A stretch of DNA of 64,000 bases from Camelus ferus (Eukaryota), in NCBI RefSeq assembly GCF_009834535.1, contig NC_045696.1, forward strand, positions 94,924,001-94,988,000. The letters run 5' to 3'. The position numbers and the translations under genes were made by a program. Positions 54,186 to 64,000 of the stretch are shown here, piece by piece (the stretch's first letter is position 1; each line of letters starts with the position of its first letter). The notes beneath the pieces were generated by a model. The model made no database searches, was not told the origin of the DNA, and saw only the letters and a program-made list of their open reading frames with translations.

Positions 54186-54704
54186 AGCCAGCCCTCCCAA
54201 TCTGAAGCTTCTGCATCCTCAGAGTCAACAACCATAAATCAAAAATGTTGGGAAAAAAATTCCAAAAAAGTCACAAAAAGCAAAACTTGAACTTGCTGCA
54301 CACAGGCAACAATGTACATAGCGTTTACATCATATGTATAATTATTTGAATAGAATGTACATTGTATTAGGTATTATAAGTAATCTAGAGAAGATTTAAA
54401 GTATATGGGAGGAAACAACAAGGTCCTACTGTATAGCACAGGGAACTATATTCAATTTCTTGTAATAACCTATAATGAAAAAGAATATATATATGTATAA
54501 ATGAATCACTATGTTGTACACCAGAAATGAACACAACATTGTAAGTCAACTCTACTTCAATTAAAAAAATATTAAGTATATGGGAGGATGTAAGGAGGTT
54601 ATATGCAAATACAACCCCATTTTATATGAGGGACTTGAGCATCCATGGATTTTGGTATCCATGGAAATCCTGAATCAATTTCCTAAGATACCAAGGGATG
54701 CCTA
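54186..54704. mobile_element. MER2 (TcMar-Tigger) element, split by an L1 insertion
   Basis: cagccagccctc...acattgtattaggtattataagtaatctagag.agatttaaagtatatgggagg...ggttatatgcaaatac...gggacttgagcatccatggattttggtatcc...gataccaagggatgccta. Confidence 0.9.
54414..54573 (+). mobile_element. Short L1 3' end inserted in MER2
   Basis: aacaacaaggtcctactgtatagcacagggaactatattcaa...acaacattgtaagtcaactctacttcaattaaaaaaa, with a perfect 15-bp TSD aagtatatgggagga. Confidence 0.92.
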
Positions 54705-54705
54705 T

Positions 54706-55280
54706 AGCACTAAGCACCAAAAGTCTGTATTCCAGACATTGTTCTCGGCGCTGGGGAAAGGACACAGCAAAGAACAAAACACAGTCCTGCACCATGGGGA
54801 TGTCATTCTAGAGAAAGAGAAACAGTCATCTGTTAGCTTTATATAGTATGTCAGATAGTGGTGACTGTGGAGGATGATAAAGCAGAGTCAGGAACGAGCA
54901 TGCTGGATGAGGGGACTGGTTGATTTGCTATTTTATTTTACATTGAGTGATCTGGGAAGGCATCATTAAGGTGAAATTTAAGCAGTGATCTGTAAGATGT
55001 GAAGGAGTGAGCCCTCAGTCTCTCCAGGGGAATGGTTTCAGGAAAAAGAAACAGCAAACACAGGAACTGGAGTTGTTAGTGGATTCAGCTAAATGGAAGG
55101 AGGCCAACGAGAGCAAGGGGGAAGAGTGGCAGGAGAAGAGGTTGGAGAGGTAGCAGAGAGCCCAGGTTGCTTAAGTCTCACTGTTTATTGCGGGGACTTT
55201 GGACTAGGACAGTGAGAAGCAGCCATGACTTGGATGTGTGGTGAAGGCAGAGACCACATGATGTGTTGTTGACAGTTTAG
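54706..55280 (-). mobile_element. L2 remnant (host of MER2; its tail lies at ~54160-54185)
   Basis: ccagacattgttctcggcgctgggga...ggtgaaatttaagcagtgatctgtaagatgtgaaggagtgagcc...ggactttggac. Confidence 0.7.
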
Positions 55281-58230
55281 ACATGTGGTCGAAGGGGAAG
55301 TGAGGAGAGAGGAGGAAGGACTTCCAGCAGCAGGGGAGGATGGCTTGTCCTCATGGAAGATGTTTCAGATGTGATCACTACCAGTTTATTTAAAGCCTTC
55401 CTGATAAAAAGCATGCATTTCTGGGGCAGGTTCTTCTTCAGAAAGATCCATGAAATTATTATGTAGTGAGATATCGTTGGGGGAAATAAATTTGAAGTGA
55501 GTTCCTCCACCAAATAAATTTATAGCAGCAGTTCAATGTCCACAAATCTTGAGACTTCTTGGGGAGTATTATTTACATGATTTCAGTAATGTGCAATCAC
55601 ACGCCAAGCGTTTGACTAAAGGAACATTAATCTAAGATGATATACATACAAGAAAGAAAATCAATTTTTTACAGATTTGGTTAAAATTATGTGCAAAGAG
55701 GCAAAAGTAAACTTTTTTTTAAAGCACCATGAATTCAAAATTGTTAGGAAATCTGTATTCTGACTCCTTTTAATGTTCAAATGTATGTTTTAAAGATTAA
55801 TTTTATCTTTTATATATGATAAGAACTGGCCAAGGGGATTAATAGAGGATTGTGGAACCAGCCAGGAATTTTGATATCTGCCAAGAAAAGTGAGAGATTC
55901 TGCTTTATTAGAATTTTTTTGTTTTAAAAAATGTTTTAATAACTTGCAAACACTTTGATGCAATGATGCTGGAGAAAACTAAAATTATAAGGAAAATTAA
56001 AAATGGGGTCTATGTACAAGCCAACAAGAACATGTGTTGGACCGGGCTAATAGAGGAAAGTCTGTAGTCAGTTCAAGGCTAAATTTACAATCGTTCTTTC
56101 TTTTGTCAGGAAAGATACGTAAGTAGAGATCACTAATATTGGCCTTAACTAAAACAAAGCAGGGAACAAAGCAGAAACTTCCACATGGTAGCAAAGAGTA
56201 TTTGTTTTCTCTTGGCCGTAAGAAATTAATTTGGGGAAGCAAAATAAATGGCAAAAGCCAGGCGAGAGCCTGTGGATGAAAACTCAAGCTTAAATGCAGA
56301 CGGTAGGTAGAGGGAATGAATGCTGAAATTCCAACAAGAGAGGCAGGCGTCGTGTTTATCTAATCTGCCAAATCTTTGCTAGAACCTAAAGTTCCAAAGA
56401 TTTCGACAAGGGCAGATTTAATAGATATTAATGTGTATCTATGATTTGTTGGTCCACGGAGTAAAAGCCAAACATAATAAGTTAATCTGGGTAATGCACA
56501 ACTTTCATGGGCCACGATGGGTTAAACACATTACAGACATTATCAAGTTCAGTTTTGAGTGAATGCATTATTTATTTCACTGTCAAGTTAGCCAAAGTTC
56601 AGAAAATCCAAATATTTGCACACTTATACAGGAAATAAATGCCCAGACTGGTGTTTGAGCACCATGCTCTTTCCTCTAGCACAGGGTGCTTTTTGATACA
56701 ACAGGCAACCTTCCAATGTTAGGGTTTAATTACTATCTTTAAGTCCAAAGAGCTTTTTAAAAGGAATTAATAGAGACTTGTCTGCATTTCTAGCTCTCGC
56801 TCTCAGTCCTCCACTGTCTTCTTTATCTCTTCATAGCTCTAGCTGATCCAGTTTTTAAAAAAAAAAAAAACTGCTTGCAATAAAATATAGACTGAACTAT
56901 AACCCATAGAATAAGAGTAAGCTGATAGATCAAAGTAATGAAAGAAGCAAGATGTGTAGGACGATTATATGACCGTCTAGGGCAAAGGAAACGTATAAAG
57001 TACAAAAGTAGGCACAGAGCTTCCTAGTAAACAGAATTAAAAGGGAAATGCACTATTGTGCGTGTCTAATTATCTAACAAAAAGATAAATGCAAGATCAT
57101 TAAGACTCTATTTTCTAAGAAGAATTTGGAGCAAGAAGAAAATTTTCACGTTGTGACAGTAAACAAATTTAATAAGTATGCAATATTGATAGTGAAACAA
57201 AAAAATAATGTTTTCCTTGAGATGCTATTTATTTAAAAAAAAAAAAAAAGGAACTGTTTCTTAAATAAGCTTACCAGTCAAACGCTTTTGTCAATAGAAG
57301 GAAAATGTCAGGTGCTAAATTGGTAACCCTTTATGAAATGCCTTCTGAGAATCACTGAAACATTTTCTCAGATTTTATGGGTTAGGTTTTAAAAGTAATG
57401 CTCCTTTTGGTGAGCTTCATACTCTAGCTCCTCATACTTTAGTTTATTTTTTATTTGAACATGACAGTAACAGATTACGCTTTTTTTCCCTCCTACATGC
57501 ACAAATGAAGCTATTTTTCTATAGTTTCCTTGATTTATTTTCTACTGAAGCAAATAAGCAACTACAACTAAATTCCAGGGATCAGTAATTGTAAACACTC
57601 TAGATCAAATTTGGCAAAAATTAGAATGTCTGAGAGAAAGACATATATTTGTACACATTCCTAAGATTGTATTATCTCACTGGAGTCACTGTAGGATAAA
57701 GACCTGGCATCTGCAAATGTGATGAAGAGGTGGTAGCGGAGACCTGAATGTTGTGTTCTGGCCAGGAGTGGAAGGAATCACATCACGTCTCTTACTCATG
57801 ATGTCAGTATTTGTGTAGACTGTTTGTGACACAAGCTTGAGTACTTTTAGTCACATTTGTATCATTCTTTGAAGTCATTTGTTATCTGTTTATTTTGTGT
57901 CCTACAGTGACTACAGGATAGAAAGAGATTTCCAGCCAAAGTAAAACCCCCCCATCTGAGGCTTTTTGCCAGGTCCTTGAAGTGCAAAAGTTGAATTTTG
58001 CATTGTTCCACAGGAAAAGCACAATTTGTTGCAATTAATAGTTGCTTTTTCCTGCGATGACTACCACAGTGAGTAACTCATTTCCCAGAATGTGCCACTG
58101 TGCTCTTCCAGTAGAAACAGACTTTCACCAGTCATTTTGAATACCTCGCTTCTCAATCAAAGAATAATCAATTCCTTCTTTATTGTTGGATTCTAGCCTC
58201 AGTAAAACAATGTATTATAGAAATGATAGT

Positions 58231-58297
58231 TCTATTCTTTGAGAAAAATAGTCTTCTCAAAGAATAGATCTATCTATTCTGTTCTTTGAGAAAAATA
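58231..58297. repeat. Perfect 15-bp inverted repeat plus a third, direct copy
   Basis: tctattctttgagaa-aaatagtc-ttctcaaagaataga, followed again by ttctttgagaaaaata. Confidence 0.9.
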
Positions 58298-60169
58298 CTC
58301 TCCAAACACACTGTGAGAAAGAAAATATTGGTGAAGATAATAAATGATTTTGCTTACAGAAAATCAAAGTTTTAACTGAGCCCTGGCTTATGTTTCAACT
58401 TTGTACTTAAAATGCTCAAAGTCTTGAAATAACACCATTTGTTAACTAGCCACCAGGAAAAGAAAAGTTATGATGATTTAACTGCCTTTAAATTATAGAA
58501 AAAAATTTAGGACTAATTAAAACTAGCCTCTAAATTGATACAGGTAAGCTGATTGATAAAGATCTGTAAAAATAGCATTGCTCATGGGAATGGGTGCTAT
58601 TATTATTTATTCTTAGAAGCTTTATGGTATTAAAAGATAAAATGAGAATACAGAAGCAAGGGACTTTTGTGCATCACATGTATGGTAGGTAACCCAAGAG
58701 CACTAGAAGCAGCGTGCACGACACTTGAAACCCTATCTCAAGCTCTGCTTCTGGGAAATCCAATCTAGACATACACATTTTAGTTAAAATCCTTCTGTTC
58801 TTTACTAAATAGTAAGTTTAAAAAAGCCAGTTCAACACGTATCACTTCACACAGGTTCTTGGCTTGTGTATGTACACATTTGTTTGTGCTAAATATTAAT
58901 CTTTGTTGTAAACGATTTTGACCTGCTAATGTTTATTTTGTTTCCATCCTCCACCATCTTTTCCTTTAAGTTGCTGTTATATGGCAAATTAGAAACCCAC
59001 GTGGGCATGAAGTCCTTTTAGGAGAGCAAGTTGATAAATAGATAACATTTTAAAATACCAATTTACTAACAATAAATCTCTCTTTGCACCTTTATTTAAC
59101 TGGCATCCCAGTTATTCTCTGTAGGTAGACACTTGGTCACTTAAAACTTTTATTTACCTAGATACTTTCACTACAAGTTGATTTAAGTTTCTAGAATATA
59201 TTTCGAGCGATAATTTTAAGCACAAAAATTTTTAAATTCTTCCCATTTTGTCATTTTTACAATATGCATAACTTTAAATCCAGTAATTTCAGTTTAGAGT
59301 ATTTTATAGAAATAGTTTTCAGTGTACATGAAAATTCATGTATCAAATGATCATTGCAGCACTATTCATATGATGGAAAGATCTCTGAGATGTATTTTCT
59401 AGTAAAAGAATCAAGACGTAGAACATTGCAACAGAAAATATGAACAAAATTGTATAAAATAAGAATCATTGCTGTATAATTAAATACTTACCCATATCAC
59501 ACATGTTAAATGTAAAGGGAAAGGTTTAGGTGAAATGCACATTTGATTTGTTAAGATTAGTTATTTTTGATGAAGAGAATGGAATCTGGAGAGTCTGGTG
59601 AAAGGAAGGTTTTATTAATTTGACCATACATGTATTGCTCGAATTTTTTTTTTTTACAAAGAGAGATTATTTGTGTAGTATTTGTTTTTAAAAAAAAACT
59701 TCAAATACATAGCTATAGGGAAAAACATTGAAAATTACCTTAAAGGAAAAAGAAACTAACCACAATGCATCACCCATTTCAAATATTGCTGCCCCCAAAA
59801 GCCTTCCCTTTCCCTCCTCTGCATCCCCCTGCACTTGAATCTGTATCATTCTTCCGGTATTTATTCAAATCAACAATATTTATTAAAGCTCTACTGAGAT
59901 TCAGTTATGAAAAAGATAGTATCCCTATTCTCAAGGAACTCACAACTGAGAGAAATGAAGAAATGCAGCAACAGTGAGGCAACGAGCAGACGGCTGAATT
60001 ACAAGTATGAACAAAAATGTTACGGGCTTTGCAGGAGGCAGGATTCTAAGACGGACCCCAAAATTCTCGGCTGGTTTGTTACTGGCTTTAGCCTTTGGGA
60101 AGCACAAGCAGGGGATGGGAGCCTGGGAGGAAATTTTCTGGGATTTCTTCTGCGTTTTCTTTCTGTTTA

Positions 60170-60400
60170 ATCACCCTGCTGTTGAGCGCATACTACATGC
60201 GAGGCACTGCCCTAAGAATTATTACATTTTCACCTCATTGAATCCTCACCATCTACCTTTGAAGTTGAAATTATTATTATCCCCACTTAAAAATGATGTT
60301 AGATAAATTGCTAAGGGTCACCTGAGGGAAAAAAATGGTGGAGCCAGAATTCTAACACAGGCAACCTGACTCCAGAGCCCAGACCTTGGCTTTTATCATA
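60170..60400 (-). mobile_element. MIR SINE
   Basis: tgttgagcgcatactacatgcgaggcactg...cctcattgaatcctcac...attattatccccactt...ggtggagccagaattctaacacaggcaacctgactccagagccc. Confidence 0.8.
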
Positions 60401-61249
60401 TACTTTGCTCATCTTGGGTAACCTGAATCTATCGCTTCAGGGAGAAAATACAACGAAAGCCTTACTCTTTATTGTATGTATTAGGGTTTCTTGAAAAATA
60501 TCAAATGGCTCTAGCATTAATGTTGGATCTGATATTTTTCCCCACATGACAATCTTCTGTACTTGTCACAGAAAGAAAGACATGATCTTATTAAGTATAT
60601 TTTAAAACCTTACTTACTACTGCAGTACAACATGGAAATTGGATGAGGGCTCTATTTGCCTCTATTTCTGACTTACACATTTTTCAGTGAGTATATCTGT
60701 GTCCTAGCTTCTAACACGGTGCTGAAAAGTGGCCTGTGATAAATAACAGACTGTAATTTCTTATGATGATTTAACTCTCTAGAACCATCTCAAGAGATTC
60801 AACCCACACTTGTTGCCTTCTCTGATATATCACCATTGTGACCGTGACTCAGGTTTCTAGTTTAAAATAAAAATAAGATACTAACAGTGATGTGGAACTT
60901 GGTTCTTGGTTTGGGCTTCCTACTGTCAAGATTTTTGGCCATCTTACAGCAAGATTACACATGATCTCTTCCCTCTCATTGGTGGTGTTTTATAACTTGT
61001 GTTATCACCGATGTTAATTTTTAAAATACTGTGCATTAATAATTGAAATGGTGATATATGTTTGAAAATGCATCCAAACGTTGTGGTTTGGATGTATGTC
61101 AAAAGTCCATTAAGTTAACCATAAATGCCAAAAGTTTGAATTGCCCTACTGTGGGCCAATTGATGTTTTGTTTTTTTTTAAAAGCCTTTCCCATAAGTAA
61201 GCTACAGTTTGCACAGTGTGCAGAGGCTAGTTCTTATGATATTAGAAGA

Positions 61250-62020
61250 ATTATTTAATTAATTAAAAACCTACTGTGGACCATCTAGCTTGCCAGTTCG
61301 TGGGAATAAAAAGAAGTGTCACATCAGAAAATCCCTAGTCTAGTGGGAATTAGACAATTGGGACGTCTATTTGAGTATAGTTGAGGTTATGTACACAGAC
61401 AAGCAGATAGAGTAAGCATGCTCTGGAAAGCCCCACAATGAACACAATGACAAAAATGGAAATAGATGCTGGATCTTGAAGGACAAGGAGAAGTTTCATA
61501 GGAAAGGGAAGAAATTTGTGTTTTAGGCAAAGTTACAGTCTGTGCAGAAGTAGAGAGATGATTGAGAAAGTAGGATGCTTTTGTGGAACAGTAAGGATTT
61601 CTTTTCTTTTTTTTTATTGAACTATAATCAGCTACAATGTGTCAATTTCTGGTGTACAGCATAATGTTCCAGTTATGTGAATATATATATATTCATTTTC
61701 ATATTCTTTTTCATTAAAGGTTATTATAAGACATTGAGTACAGTTTCCTGTGCTATACAGTTTATTTTTTTTCTATTTTTTTATATAGGGGTTAACATTT
61801 GCACATCTTAAACTCCCAAATTTACCCCTTCCCACCCCCTTTCCCCAGTAACTATAAGATTATTCAGTAAGGATTTCTTGATGACTGGACTGTGGATCAT
61901 GAGGTAAGATGTGACAAGTGAAATGGACAAGCTTGAGTTAGAGTGGAAAGAACCTTATATTAAACAGTATGCTGTTTATCCTAGAAGACCCTGGGAACCT
62001 TTGGTATAAGTAGTAGAATA
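61250..62020 (-). mobile_element. L2 remnant, interrupted by an L1 insertion
   Basis: gctggatcttgaaggacaaggagaagttt...ttttaggcaaagttacagtctgtgcagaag. Confidence 0.55.
61604..61864 (-). mobile_element. Young 5'-truncated L1 3'UTR
   Basis: T tail, then ttgaactataatcagctacaatgtgtcaatttctggtgtacagcata...cccttcccaccccctttcccc, with a perfect 15-bp TSD cagtaaggatttctt (61589-61603 / 61865-61879). Confidence 0.92.
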
Positions 62021-62119
62021 ACATAAGTATATATTCTATTAATATCATATAATTGTAACACAGAATTCTTTTGTATTAGAACACTTATGCTGACAACTCA
62101 TTAACTTGTGCACACCACT

Positions 62120-64000
62120 TTGTGATAAAAACACTCAAACTAGAAATAAAAGGGAACTTCCTTAACAGCACCTAGGAAAAACATCACACTTAATGGTGAA
62201 AGATGGGAAAGCTTTCCCTCTTAAGATTAGGGACAGGACAGGATATCCACTCTTACCATTTTTATTCAGCATTGTACTGGAGGCTCTAGCTAAGACAATT
62301 AGACAAGAAAGAAAAAGAAAAAGAAAGGAAGGAAGGAAAGGAAAAGAAAGGAAGGAAGGGAGGGAGGAAGGAGAGGAGAAAGGAAGGATATCCAGATTTG
62401 AAAGGAAGAAGTAAAAGTGTCTCTAACTACAGAGGATGTGATCTCCTGTACAGAAAATGCTAAGCACCATCAACAACAACAAGCTATTAAAGCTAATAAA
62501 TGAGCTCATCAAGGTTGCAGGACACAGGATCAATATAGAAAAGTCAATTGTATTTTTATACATTTATACGTTAGCAGTGAACAACCTAAAAATAAAATTA
62601 AGGAAACAATTCCATTAAAATAATATTAAAAATATTAAAATACTTCAGGAATATATTTAGTAAAACATATACCACATTTGTACACTGAAAACTGCAAAAC
62701 ACCATCGAAAGAAAGTTTAAAAGCCTTAAATCAATGGAAAGCTACCTCATGTTCTTAGATTAGAAGACTTGATATTGTTAAGATGGCAGTAATCCACAAA
62801 TTGATCTACTGATTCAGTGTACTCTCTGTCAAAATCCTATCTGCCATTTTTTTGCAGAAGTTGATAAGCTCTTCCTAAAATTCATATGGAAGTACAAAGG
62901 ACTCAGAATAGCCAAAACAACCTTGAAAAAGAACAACAAATTTGTGGGAATCACTCTTCCTAATTTCAAAACTTAATACAAAGCTACTGTAATCAAGACT
63001 GTGGTATTAACATAAGGAAACACACCTAGATTAATGGAATAGAACTGAGATCAGAAATGAACCCATACCTTTATGGGCAACTGATTTAGAAAAATTTTTG
63101 AGTTGAATTATAGTTGATTTACAGTGTTATGTGATGGGCAACAGATTTTTGACCAGGGTGCCAAACAATTCAATGGGGAAAAGCATAGTCACTTCAACAA
63201 ATAGTGCTGGGAAAACTAGATATCTTTATGCAAAACAATGAAGTTTTACTCCTAACACCATATACAAAAATTAACTCAACATGGACCAAAAACCTAAATG
63301 GTAAGAGCTACAATTATTAAACCCTTGGAAGAAAACATAGGAGTAAACTTTTACAAGCTTGTATTTGGCGATGGTTTCTTAGCTAGGTCACTTAAAATAC
63401 AAAAAAAAAAAAAAAAAAAAAAAGAACATCACCAGAATTTAAAATTTTGTGCTTCAAACAATGCTATCGAGAAAGTGAAAAGACTATCCACAGAATCCAA
63501 AATATATAAGAAACTTTCACAATTCAATAATAAGAAAGACATGCAATTAAATATGGGCAGAGGATTTGAATAGACCTTTTCCAAAGAATACATACAAAAA
63601 GTCAATAAGCACATTAAAAAATGCCCACCATTTTTAGTCATTAGGGAGGTGTAAATCAAAACCATATGAGATACTACTTCATATTCACTAGAATGGCTAT
63701 AATCAAATAGATGGACCTTACCAAGTTTTAGTGAGGATGCAGAGAAATTGGACCCCCCTTAACATTGGTAATGGGGAAGTAAAATGGTGCATCTCCTTTG
63801 GAAAACAGCCAAGCAGTTCCTCAAATGGTTAAATGTGGAATTACCACATGGCCCAGCAATTCCCCACCTAAGTATAAACCCAAGAGAATTGAAAACATAT
63901 TGTTGCATAAAAACTTAAACGTAAATGTGCATAGCAGCATTATTCACATATCCAAAACAAGAAAACCACTCAAATGTCCATTACTGATGACTCGATAAAC
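62120..64000 (+). mobile_element. Decayed L1 ORF2 (RT domain to C-terminus), runs off the window end
   Basis: KAFPLKIRDRTGYPLLPFLFSIVLEALAKTIRQE (cf. L1 RT GTRQGCPLSPLLFNIVLE) and TIIKPLEENIG, with many stops and frameshifts. There is a GA-rich microsatellite at 62305-62385. Confidence 0.93.

Noticed and set aside
1..64000. A novel multi-gene or prokaryote-type system (operon, CRISPR, defence island)
   Set aside because: No ORF exceeds 132 aa, the longest is L1 ORF2, and there is no repeat-spacer array. The sequence is mammalian repeat-rich non-coding DNA.
8439..64000. L1 orientation bias as evidence for a host-gene strand
   Set aside because: L1 fragments occur in both orientations in similar numbers, so this is uninformative.

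Overview
AT-rich mammalian non-coding DNA, either intergenic or deep in an intron. It is most likely from a camelid: a tRNA-derived SINE at ~8.0 kb matches my recollection of the camelid Vic-1 family, and the young L1 3' ends are cetartiodactyl-like. There are no bacterial features, CRISPR arrays, rRNAs or intact tRNAs. I cannot identify any host protein-coding gene. The ORFs in the track are either LINE-1 ORF2 remnants (20840-21238, 29408-29614, 49759-49971, 62193-62414, 63298-63573) or look like chance ORFs. A large part of the window is transposable-element debris of several ages: ancient MIR and L2, hAT/Charlie and Tigger DNA transposons, MaLR (MLT1) LTRs, old L1M pieces, one ERV-type solo LTR, and younger L1/SINE insertions with visible target-site duplications (TSDs). 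Repeat family names come from memory of consensus sequences, and boundaries of old repeats are approximate. I found no support for a novel multi-gene system. The best leads are a candidate minus-strand terminal exon at ~3.1-3.24 kb, a ~113-bp dispersed direct duplication (41.4/42.9 kb), a fold-back triplication at 58.2 kb, a three-level nested insertion (L2>MER2>L1), a twin-primed L1, and several repeat-free motif-rich blocks that may be enhancers.
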